This document shows positions 27,746 through 36,250 of a stretch of DNA of 64,000 nt, one piece after another (position 1 is the first letter of the stretch; every line of letters begins with the position of its first letter). The position numbers were made by a program, and so were the translations under genes. The DNA comes from Candidatus Aenigmatarchaeota archaeon (lineage in GTDB: Archaea > Aenigmatarchaeota > Aenigmatarchaeia > QMZP01 > QMZT01): positions 32,001-96,000 of the forward strand of contig JAPLVC010000002.1 of the NCBI GenBank assembly GCA_026397315.1, given 5' to 3'. The notes under the pieces were generated by a model that was not told the DNA's origin, ran no database searches, and saw nothing but the letters and a program-made list of their open reading frames with translations.

Positions 27746-28570
27746 ATGAATTACAGCGTTCCTGATATGAAAAAGCTCGCTACCGAGATAAGAAAGGACA
27801 TAATCAGGATGACGTGCGAAGCCGGTAGCGGACACCCTGGCGGCTCTCTTTCTTCCGTGGAAATAATGGTTTCCCTTTACTTCAATGTCATGAAGCACGA
27901 CCCGAAAAACCAGGCTTGGGACGACCGTGACCGCTTCGTGCTTTCGAAAGGGCATGTCTGCCCTGTTCTTTACGCTTCTCTCGCCAGACGAGGATACTTC
28001 CCGCCGGAAGAGTTGATGACTCTCAGGAAGTTCGGCTCGCGGCTGCAAGGGCATCCGCACAGGCTCAAGCTTAGCTGCCTCGAGACTTCTTCAGGTTCGC
28101 TGGGCCAGGGCCTTTCCATCGCAAGCGGGATGGCAATCGGCCTGCGCATGGACAAGAAAAGCCCGCGCGTCTACTGCCTGATGGGCGACGGCGAGTTGCA
28201 GGAAGGCCAGGTGTGGGAAGCCGCGATGACCGGCGCTCACTACAAGCTGGACAACCTCTGCGGCATCGTCGATGTCAATGGCCTGCAGATAGACGGCAGG
28301 ACCAGCGACGTGAAGAACCTGGAGCCGCTCGCGGACAAGTGGAAGGCGTTCGGCTGGCATACTATCGAAGTGGATGGTCACAACGTCGAGGCGCTTATCA
28401 GCGCGTTCCGCGAGGCTGAGCGGACGAAGGGAAAGCCCACGGTCATACTTGCAAAGACAGTCAAAGGCAAGGGCGTCTCCTTCATGGAAAACAAAGCCGA
28501 ATGGCACGGCAAGCCGCCCAGCAAAGAAGAAGCCGCGAAAGCACTGAAAGAACTTGGAGAGACATGCTGA
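27746..28570 (+). CDS. Transketolase N-terminal subunit
   Basis: SGHPGGSLS, DRFVLSKGH, LQGHP, GSLGQG, GDGELQEG, WHG motifs. Confidence 0.95.
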   Translation: MNYSVPDMKKLATEIRKDIIRMTCEAGSGHPGGSLSSVEIMVSLYFNVMKHDPKNQAWDDRDRFVLSKGHVCPVLYASLARRGYFPPEELMTLRKFGSRLQGHPHRLKLSCLETSSGSLGQGLSIASGMAIGLRMDKKSPRVYCLMGDGELQEGQVWEAAMTGAHYKLDNLCGIVDVNGLQIDGRTSDVKNLEPLADKWKAFGWHTIEVDGHNVEALISAFREAERTKGKPTVILAKTVKGKGVSFMENKAEWHGKPPSKEEAAKALKELGETC

Positions 28571-28581
28571 AGTGATGTTTT

Positions 28582-29586
28582 ATGACAGAAAAAAAATCCG
28601 GATTGAACGAGACGCTGCACCTAGCTCCTAATATTTACGATAAGGTCGAGAAGATACCCACGAGGAACGGCTTCGGCCACGGACTAGTCGAACTGGGCCA
28701 CGCGAACAAGAACGTCGTCGCCCTTTGCGCCGACCTTTCCGATTCGACGCGCGCGCTCTGGTTTGCCGAGAAATTTCCCGACAGGTTCATAGAAGTCGGC
28801 ATTTCGGAGCAGGACATGATGGGCATCGCTGCGGGTCTCGCCGCCGTAGGCAAAATACCATTCCTAAGCACATACGGCGTCTTTTCGACAGGACGCGCGT
28901 GGGACCAGATGAGGACGACGGTCGCATACGGCGATTTCAATGTAAAAATCGCGAGTGCGCACGGCGGCATCTCGGTAGGCGCGGACGGCGCGACGCACCA
29001 GTCTCTGGAGGAGATCGCTTTGTCCCGCGTGCTGCCCAACATGAAAGTCATAGTGCCCGCGGACTACTGGGAGTCGAAGAAGGCGACTATCGCTTCCGCC
29101 TCGATTCATGGCCCCATAGTCATACGCTTCGGCCGCGAAAAAGTGCCGGTCATAACTACGGAGAAGACGCCGTTCGTTTTCGGGAAAGCCGAAACGTTCA
29201 GGTTCGGGAACGACGTCACAGTCTTCGCGTGCGGCCCGATGGTTTACGAGGCGCTCATTGCCGCGAAGGAACTTGAAAAGAAAGGCATTGACGTGCGCGT
29301 GGTCAACATGCACACGGTCAAGCCGCTCGACGAGAAGGCGATAATAGACGCGGCGAAAGAGACGGGCGCGATAGTCACGGCCGAAGAGCACCAGGTCAAC
29401 GCGGGCTTCGGCTCTGCAATCGCGGAAGTCGTGGTCGAGCACTATCCGGTGCCCATGAAACGCGTAGGTGTGATAGACCGCTTCGGCGAGTCGGGCGAGC
29501 CGGACCAGCTCATGGTGGAATTCAATCTCAAGAGCACGGACATAATAAAGGCGATAGAGGACGTGCTCAGCCGCAAGAAAAAATAA
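28582..29586 (+). CDS. Transketolase C-terminal subunit
   Basis: ADLSDST, VGISEQ, DGATHQ, KPLD, AEEH, FGESG motifs. Confidence 0.95.
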   Translation: MTEKKSGLNETLHLAPNIYDKVEKIPTRNGFGHGLVELGHANKNVVALCADLSDSTRALWFAEKFPDRFIEVGISEQDMMGIAAGLAAVGKIPFLSTYGVFSTGRAWDQMRTTVAYGDFNVKIASAHGGISVGADGATHQSLEEIALSRVLPNMKVIVPADYWESKKATIASASIHGPIVIRFGREKVPVITTEKTPFVFGKAETFRFGNDVTVFACGPMVYEALIAAKELEKKGIDVRVVNMHTVKPLDEKAIIDAAKETGAIVTAEEHQVNAGFGSAIAEVVVEHYPVPMKRVGVIDRFGESGEPDQLMVEFNLKSTDIIKAIEDVLSRKKK

Positions 29587-29623
29587 TCTTTTCGTGGATG
29601 CAACATGATTAAAAGGGATTCTT

Positions 29624-30874
29624 ATGGGCACTAATGCGAGAATAGCTGAAAGGATGTCGAGGCTTGGAACCGAAACGGCGTTTTCCGTTTCTCTCGAAGC
29701 ACGGGAGTTTGCGTGCAAGGGCAAAAAAATCTATCCTTTTCATCTCGGCGACATGAACATCAGGACACCCAAGAAGATTATTGATGCGGCTAGGAAAGCT
29801 ATGGAAGACGGCAAAACAGGCTACTGCCCCAGTGCAGGCATCCCAGAACTCAGGGAGGCGCTGGCCAAAGACATGAGCAGCTCGCGCGGCATAAAGCTCA
29901 CGGCGAAAAACGTATCGATACAGATGGGCGGCAAGCCAGTAATAATGAAGTTCGTCATGGCTTTCATGAATCCGGGGGACGAGGTGCTGTACCCGAATCC
30001 CGGATACCCGATTTACGAGTCGCAGATCCGCTTCCACGGAGGTATAGTGAAACCTTACGGTTTCAAGATGATTGACAAGGGCTTCAGCTTGGACATGGAA
30101 CAGCTCGAGACGCTTGTCACACCGAAGACCAAACTGTTCATATTCAACAACTATCACAACCCTATGGGCGCGGAATCCGACCCGTTGGAGATGAAGAGAA
30201 TCGCCGATTTCTGCAAAAGGCACGACCTGCTCGTGCTGAGCGACGAGGCGTATTTCGACATCACATACGACGGCAAGCCCAAGAGCATAGTTTCCTACCC
30301 AGGCATGGCCGAGCGCACGCTGATACTTTACACGTTCTCCAAGAAGTTCGCCATGACGGGCTGGCGGCTTGGGGCGGCTGTAGGGCCGGAATGGATGATA
30401 GAGCAGATTAACCGCCTGAACGTGAATGACGAGTCGTGTTCGAACCACTTCATCCAGTGGGCCGCTGTCGAGGCGCTCAAAAACACGCAGAAGGAAACGC
30501 AACAGATACTCGACACACTGAAAAAACGCAGGGACCTTGCGTGCAAGATGCTCAGCACCATAAAGGGCATCAGAGTTTTCAAGCCCAACTCGACTTTCTA
30601 CATCTTCCCGGACGTGACCGAGGCGATGCGCAACCTGGGTTTCAACGACGTCGAAAAGTTCAGGAGGTTCATACTGGAGACGACGGGCGTATCCTTCTGC
30701 ACGCGACGCCATTTCGGGACGCCGCTGGATGACGAGAAGCACGAGTTCATCCGCCTCGCTTATTCCGGCATCGACCTGAAGGACATCAGGGAAGGCCTGG
30801 CGAAGATGAAAAGCGCGATTGAGAACCCGGAAATTTCAAAAAGATGGGTTTCCGAAAAAAGCACAAAGCCTTGA
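29624..30874 (+). CDS. PLP-dependent aminotransferase class I/II
   Basis: GGKP, PNPGYPIY, HNPMG, SDEAY, SKKFAMTGWRLG motifs. Confidence 0.92.
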   Translation: MGTNARIAERMSRLGTETAFSVSLEAREFACKGKKIYPFHLGDMNIRTPKKIIDAARKAMEDGKTGYCPSAGIPELREALAKDMSSSRGIKLTAKNVSIQMGGKPVIMKFVMAFMNPGDEVLYPNPGYPIYESQIRFHGGIVKPYGFKMIDKGFSLDMEQLETLVTPKTKLFIFNNYHNPMGAESDPLEMKRIADFCKRHDLLVLSDEAYFDITYDGKPKSIVSYPGMAERTLILYTFSKKFAMTGWRLGAAVGPEWMIEQINRLNVNDESCSNHFIQWAAVEALKNTQKETQQILDTLKKRRDLACKMLSTIKGIRVFKPNSTFYIFPDVTEAMRNLGFNDVEKFRRFILETTGVSFCTRRHFGTPLDDEKHEFIRLAYSGIDLKDIREGLAKMKSAIENPEISKRWVSEKSTKP

Positions 30875-31062
30875 ACTGGGCATGAAAGCAATGGAGAACA
30901 ACAAGATCCCTTAAATCCGATTTTTAATTCATGATCGAAGAATCAATTATTACCCCATTTTTTTTGTAAAATCTAAAATAAATACAAATAGATAGCGTAG
31001 ATGTTTTACTTGGTCCATTTTTTTATAGGCGGTTATGCCAGTATCAACATTCCCAAGAAGTA

Positions 31063-31299
31063 ATGAAATTCGATATAAATAAATATGGTGAAAATATCGT
31101 AAAGAAAAAATTCGAGATGGAAATAGAAATCCCTAACAATTCGGAAGCCGAGTTCAACCAGATAATGGAATGGGTCAGGGACAAGAGCCACAACGACAGG
31201 TGGAAGTTCGTGAAGAGAGCCTCGGCCAACAACGATTTCCTGATGTGGAAGCTGAAGAAGAAGATGGCTGCGATCAAACCCGGCTTGGCAAAAATCTGA
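31063..31299 (+). CDS. Hypothetical protein
   Basis: 78-aa ORF with host-like codons, T-rich tract downstream. Confidence 0.6.
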   Translation: MKFDINKYGENIVKKKFEMEIEIPNNSEAEFNQIMEWVRDKSHNDRWKFVKRASANNDFLMWKLKKKMAAIKPGLAKI

Positions 31300-31389
31300 A
31301 CCCGGCCCATGCTTTTTATTTTACTATTATCTCTAGCGTAGCCTTTTGACCAAAGCTTCGCCAATCATTTTAGCGTGCAAAAAAACCAA

Positions 31390-31549
31390 TGGGGCCGCTG
31401 GGATTCTCAAAGCCATTTTCCGCAAACGCTTTTGCGCGAGGCGGAAAAGGGTTTATTTGAACCCAGGTCGCCAGCACCCCAAGCTGGAATGATCATGGCG
31501 TCAAGCTCAAAAGCTCGAGGATGACTAGACCAAGCTACACTACGGCCCC
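31390..31549 (-). tRNA. tRNA-Pro(GGG) with two non-canonical introns: D loop (31494-31526, 33 nt) and T loop 59/60 (31404-31455, 52 nt)
   Basis: GGGGCCG/CGGCCCC acceptor, CCAGC-TTGGGGT-GCTGG anticodon arm, CTGGG/CCCAG T stem; BHB-like motifs at both inserts; 75 nt after splicing. Confidence 0.9.
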
Positions 31550-31703
31550 ACGGATTGTATCTTATTATAGGGCATGAATATATTAATTATAGAGGCCGGG
31601 CAACCGGAAAAGAAAGAAGCCCCGCTGGAAAGCGGTAAAAAGTATTTAAGCGGTTCGTGGCAATACAATGTCTCATATAAAAATCGCACTTAAACCGAGT
31701 GAT

Positions 31704-31832
31704 ATGATGAAAAACCTGGACATGATAGATATCAGGAAAACGGAAAATACGGGCAGAATAATAAGGATGCCCGAAAGCACGAGAAAGAAAGTCAAGGCCT
31801 TCCTCAACGAGGGCCACCAGTTAAGCTTTTAA
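31704..31832 (+). CDS. Small hypothetical protein (42 aa)
   Basis: MMKNLDMIDIRKTENTGRIIRMPESTRKKVKAFLNEGHQLSF; GAGTGA SD-like site; upstream of rpoN. Confidence 0.45.
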   Translation: MMKNLDMIDIRKTENTGRIIRMPESTRKKVKAFLNEGHQLSF

Positions 31833-31881
31833 AGCAATTACGCGATAAATAAAGACAAACCAGCGTTTAGGGGTTTTTGAT

Positions 31882-32076
31882 ATGATAATACCGATAAGAT
31901 GCATGACTTGCGGCAAGCCAGTCGGGCACCTCTGGGAGAAATACCAGAAGGCCGTCGAGGGCGGCGCTTCGCCGAAGAGTGTTCTGGATTCGCTTGGGCT
32001 GGACAGATACTGCTGCCGCGCGCTTTTCATGACGCACGTGGACATGATTGACAAGATCGGCCAGTTCAAGAAGTAA
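31882..32076 (+). CDS. rpoN: RNA polymerase subunit Rpo10 (N)
   Basis: MIIPIRCMTCGK...LG.DRYCCR. Confidence 0.97.
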   Translation: MIIPIRCMTCGKPVGHLWEKYQKAVEGGASPKSVLDSLGLDRYCCRALFMTHVDMIDKIGQFKK

Positions 32077-32163
32077 AGCATAAAGCCTCCGGAATGTCAT
32101 CGGCTTTTAATTTTATTTTCAGTTTAGCTTCAGGCTTATTGACAGGCCTGGCTCTGTTTGGGT

Positions 32164-33078
32164 TTACTGGCCATATGGCACGTAGTTGGACAGCATTATG
32201 TCGAACGTCAGAGTCTCGCTGGCCAGCGGATGGTTGAAGTCGAGCTTCATGTGCGTTTCGTTTAAGTCCACGACCTTGCCGCTGCCGTATACCGTCACGA
32301 TGGTGCTGCCTCTTATCGGGTTTGTTGTCATGACCAGGCTATCACCCTCGAGGTTCACGGTGCCCTTGGCGTAAACGTTGCCCAAGGCGTCCTTCATGTC
32401 GAATGTCATGCCGTTCTGCGGCTCATGCACGATCTTTACAGTTCCGTTTACAATGCTCGTCACGCGCATATCCCACACCATGTCTTCGAGGCGATAAGTC
32501 TTTCCAACCACGGGTTCCTCGCCGAATGTCATGTTGAACACATCGGTTGATGTGCTTTCCGTCCTGTTCATCCTGTTGACCAGGGGGATGTCGAAAATCT
32601 TGCTCTCGTCGTAATAGCCGTACGCGTCCGCAGGCTTTATGACGACAGTCTTCTTATCGCCGACGCGCATGCCTATGACAGCTTCGTCAATGCCCTTTAT
32701 CGCTTCACCAGCTCCGGTCTTGAACGTGAAATTGCCGGCGTCGTATATCGAGCCGTTTTCTATCTTAAGAGAATATAATATCTGCACTACATCGCCGCTT
32801 TTGACGGGCCCTGCGCCGATTCTGATGAAGCCGGGAAGGGAGAGCAGTATGACAGCTCCCAGAACAGCGACTACAGCGACGATAGCGATGGCATACTTCA
32901 TGGGAATGCCTTTCTCATTGTCCTTGACTATCTCGATTCTTTTCTTCTCCGTCAACTGGGCAGCCTTGTTTATCTTTTCGCTCTTGAGCGGTTCTAGCAT
33001 TTTGTCCTTGAGCGACTCGTAATGCTTGTGCTCATCGTGAGCTTTTTCCTCATGTTTCCTGACAGACTTTTTTGCCAT
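32164..33078 (-). CDS. Membrane-anchored FKBP-type peptidyl-prolyl isomerase
   Basis: VKSGD.V...Y, G.GEAIKGIDEAVIGM.VG, P.DAYG, DFNHPLA..TL.FDI motifs; TM helix at about residues 60-82. Confidence 0.88.
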   Translation of the reverse strand: MAKKSVRKHEEKAHDEHKHYESLKDKMLEPLKSEKINKAAQLTEKKRIEIVKDNEKGIPMKYAIAIVAVVAVLGAVILLSLPGFIRIGAGPVKSGDVVQILYSLKIENGSIYDAGNFTFKTGAGEAIKGIDEAVIGMRVGDKKTVVIKPADAYGYYDESKIFDIPLVNRMNRTESTSTDVFNMTFGEEPVVGKTYRLEDMVWDMRVTSIVNGTVKIVHEPQNGMTFDMKDALGNVYAKGTVNLEGDSLVMTTNPIRGSTIVTVYGSGKVVDLNETHMKLDFNHPLASETLTFDIMLSNYVPYGQ

Positions 33079-33101
33079 AATTTCACCCTCAACATTCTGA
33101 A

Positions 33102-33234
33102 TGCCGATGGAGGGAATTGAACCCTCGACCCCCGCGTTTCCCTCTCACTGGCGCGCATAGCATGTGTCGCGTGCCTCGAATCTCATAACTTAAAAGATAT
33201 GAGCGCGGTGCTCTAACCACTGAGCCACATCGGC
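33102..33234 (-). tRNA. Elongator tRNA-Met(CAT) with 37/38 intron (33138-33197, 60 nt)
   Basis: GCCGATG/CATCGGC acceptor, CCGCG-CTCATA[intron]A-CGCGG, GAGGG-TTCAATT-CCCTC; GCC start fits archaeal elongator Met rather than initiator Met or Ile2. Confidence 0.9.
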
Positions 33235-33298
33235 ATTTTGAATAAATATAATTCTAATACTTTAATAAATAACTATTTTCACGGATAAGTGTTGTCAT

Positions 33299-33745
33299 AT
33301 GGCGCAAAAGATGATTCGCAGGGAATTCAGGGAAAGCGATTTGGCGCAGATAATCGAATTCAAGAAGCAGAGCGCCAAAACGAGCTTCAGGGGCCAGAAG
33401 CTGAAAGTGGACAGGTTCACTGCGAGGCTCACCGAAAGCGTGAAAAAGGACCCGGGCATGATACGCGTTCTAGAAAGCAACGGCACTATCGCTGGCTATA
33501 TCTGGGTGGGCTTGAGCGAAGGCGACTTCGGCAAATACGGCTTCCTGCACCAGCTTTTCATCCACCAAGATTTTCGTGGTCGTGGCCTCGCGCAGACGCT
33601 GGTGAAAGACGCTGAGAAATATCTGGCGAAGCGCGGGGCGAAGAAAATGGAGATACTGGTCACCGGTACCAATTGCCCTGCCCACAAGCTTTACAAGAAG
33701 CTGAAATACAAGGACACCAGAATCCAGATGGAGAAGATGCTGTAG
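33299..33745 (+). CDS. GNAT family N-acetyltransferase
   Basis: LFIHQDFRGRGLA acetyl-CoA motif; N.PA.KLYKKL. Confidence 0.9.
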   Translation: MAQKMIRREFRESDLAQIIEFKKQSAKTSFRGQKLKVDRFTARLTESVKKDPGMIRVLESNGTIAGYIWVGLSEGDFGKYGFLHQLFIHQDFRGRGLAQTLVKDAEKYLAKRGAKKMEILVTGTNCPAHKLYKKLKYKDTRIQMEKML

Positions 33746-33748
33746 TTT

Positions 33749-36214
33749 TCAGTCGCTCTTGAACTTCTCGAACTTCTCCTTGAGCTTGCGCTTCATCGAC
33801 TTCTTCATGAACATGTTGAGCGAGCGCTGGCTTTCGTCGTCGCTGCCCAAAACGTCTTCTTCCGAGAAACCAAGTCCATATAGAATGCGCATGGCCGCCG
33901 GCAGTACCTGGTTGTTTATGTAATAGTCGGGGTCGTAGTTCTGCGCGTATTCGAACGGCTCGGCACGGCTTGATATCGAGCCGTCTCCGCGCGTGATTAT
34001 GTAGCCGATTACAGAGCCCTCCTTGACGGCGTGACCCCGGGCCGCATATTTCCTTGCCGCGGCGACGTGCGGGCCTATCTGCTCATAAGCTTCCAGAGGA
34101 CGCGACAACTGCGTGTATATGACCAGGTCCTTGGTGTCGATGTCGCCCTTGTTGATTTTGGCTACGACGTCGCGGACGATGGCAATGGCTTTATTCTCGT
34201 CCTTGTCCCTGAGAATCGCGAACAGGATTTTCTCCTGCGTGTCTTTCGAAATTTTACACCAGTCGCGGCGGACTTTCTCGAAACCACGTATCGTTATGTT
34301 GCCATCCTTCCCCAGCAATGCGTAGCGCTTCTTCGCCGTCACGCCGCTCTTGGCAGGAACGAAGATGCCTGAAACATACATGGCGTCGAAATCGAGCTCC
34401 ATGACTCCCGGTAACGTGTCGTTAACGTCTTTCAGGAACTTGGCCGCCCGCTTCTCGGTGCACTTCGAAATGAACAGCGAATCAGTATCGCCGTAAATGA
34501 CGTTAAGACCCTGTTCCTTCGCGAAGTTTATGACCTTCTGTATGTAGTAGCGGCCGAAAGATGCGATGGACATGGCGCAAATCCTCGAATACCAGCGCGA
34601 ACCTGCGTAGGCGTAATAGCCGTAGCTGGCGTTGGCTATTATCTTGAGGGCGTATTGCATGCTGTAAAGATCCTTGTATCTTTTCGATGACGTGTCGAGG
34701 AATTCCATCTCTTTTTTCAGCGTCACTCTCTTCTTTACTACGTCTTCGAGTATTTCCGGTATGAAGCCCTTCTTCTTCGTCGAGAAGTAATGGTCGCTGT
34801 CCGGCACTTTGTTATTCGCTCCGTCGTCTTTGTCGAGCGTCTCGGGCGAGATGTTGTGCGTGATGACGGTCGTGGGATACAGGCTCGCGAAGTCGAACAG
34901 CGCTATGTCCTCGTGTATGCCCGGTTCCGGCAGCAGGACGTAACCACCGACGTACGGCGAAGCTTCCCTCCGCTTGTCAATCTCGGACTGTTCCGGACGA
35001 TTGAGCGCAGTCTCGTTTTTCTCAAACGCCTTCCGTATGAATAGCCATTCGACCAGTTGCGAATAAGTCATGCGGGAAACGTCGAATGGCGTCTGCCCCA
35101 CCAGCTTCGAGAGCTCGAATATCTGGGGCATGAGCCTGTCCGCGAGATGCAGCGTCAATTCAGAATCCTTGAGGCAGTAATCAGCGACGACCTTAATGTC
35201 GCGCTTTTCTTCCCACATCTTCTCCATGTCCTTCCATTCGAGCGCTTCCTTGCCCTCGCCGAGCAGCTCCTTGGAAACCATGTCAAGCGTGAACGTCTCC
35301 GATTGCAGCGAGTCCGCCAGTATGTTCTCTATGAACGTGTATAAGTCGAGATGTAAACGCCCGTTTATCGAAGCGGAGAACATGCGGCCGCGCTTCACGA
35401 ATTCCATGGCCTTGCCGTCTCTTCCGAGCGCCAGCGATACCTTCAGCTTTTCCGCGCGCTCCTTTATCTTCACCCAGTCGAAAAGGTCGCCGTTGTACGT
35501 GACTATCACGTCCGGGTCCTTCTCGGCAATCACCGTTGCCAGGCGTTGCAGCATCGCCTTCTCATCTTCCAGGATTTCCACGTTCTCGCTAGCGCCTGAC
35601 CAGCCGTGCGTCAGGACCTTTTTGTAAGAATGGTTGTAAAGCGATATCATGATTATTTCTTCTCCGTACGTCTCTATGTCTATCGCGAGCGTCGCAAGCT
35701 TGTGCGCATTGCCCTCCGCTTTATGAACGCTTTCGAGCTCCAGTATGTCCAGCTCGCCTTCCTTCTTCTCATCGCCCGTCGCGACAGCCCAGCCAGTTGG
35801 AATGAGGTCCTTATCAATCACATAGCGCCTGTAGAACGGGATGTCGTATTCGTAGGGCTTCTTTATCTCGTGCCAGTGTTCGGTCGCGTGCCTGATCTCG
35901 TTCACGTCGCCGGGCGCTTTGACGGTAACCTTGACGAACTTTTTCGGTTCGCCCAGCAGATTCCTTTCGACAGTCTCGGCTCTGATGAAGGCGCTGCCGT
36001 AATCCTTTATGGCGGCGAGCTTCTCCCTGAACAGGCTCAGGTTGAAATTCTCGATGTGCTTCTCGTCGAGCTCTAGATAAAAATAAGGCCTGAACTTGCG
36101 GTCGAGCGCGAGGACGGTTTTGCCGCTCTTCGTCTTGCCCCACAGGCGCGTGACGGGCTCGCCGTTCTCGATTACGTAATCAGCGTCAAAAAGGCAGAAT
36201 TCCACCCTACCCAT
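33749..36214 (-). CDS. polB: Family B DNA polymerase (PolB3-like)
   Basis: Exonuclease DIET, YNGDLFD, YCLKD; polymerase DFASLYP, KIIAN.SYGY, YGDTDS; no intein. Confidence 0.96.
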   Translation of the reverse strand: MGRVEFCLFDADYVIENGEPVTRLWGKTKSGKTVLALDRKFRPYFYLELDEKHIENFNLSLFREKLAAIKDYGSAFIRAETVERNLLGEPKKFVKVTVKAPGDVNEIRHATEHWHEIKKPYEYDIPFYRRYVIDKDLIPTGWAVATGDEKKEGELDILELESVHKAEGNAHKLATLAIDIETYGEEIIMISLYNHSYKKVLTHGWSGASENVEILEDEKAMLQRLATVIAEKDPDVIVTYNGDLFDWVKIKERAEKLKVSLALGRDGKAMEFVKRGRMFSASINGRLHLDLYTFIENILADSLQSETFTLDMVSKELLGEGKEALEWKDMEKMWEEKRDIKVVADYCLKDSELTLHLADRLMPQIFELSKLVGQTPFDVSRMTYSQLVEWLFIRKAFEKNETALNRPEQSEIDKRREASPYVGGYVLLPEPGIHEDIALFDFASLYPTTVITHNISPETLDKDDGANNKVPDSDHYFSTKKKGFIPEILEDVVKKRVTLKKEMEFLDTSSKRYKDLYSMQYALKIIANASYGYYAYAGSRWYSRICAMSIASFGRYYIQKVINFAKEQGLNVIYGDTDSLFISKCTEKRAAKFLKDVNDTLPGVMELDFDAMYVSGIFVPAKSGVTAKKRYALLGKDGNITIRGFEKVRRDWCKISKDTQEKILFAILRDKDENKAIAIVRDVVAKINKGDIDTKDLVIYTQLSRPLEAYEQIGPHVAAARKYAARGHAVKEGSVIGYIITRGDGSISSRAEPFEYAQNYDPDYYINNQVLPAAMRILYGLGFSEEDVLGSDDESQRSLNMFMKKSMKRKLKEKFEKFKSD

Positions 36215-36250
36215 AATTTAATGGTTGGTTTTCGGCTTAAAAAGAAGAAT

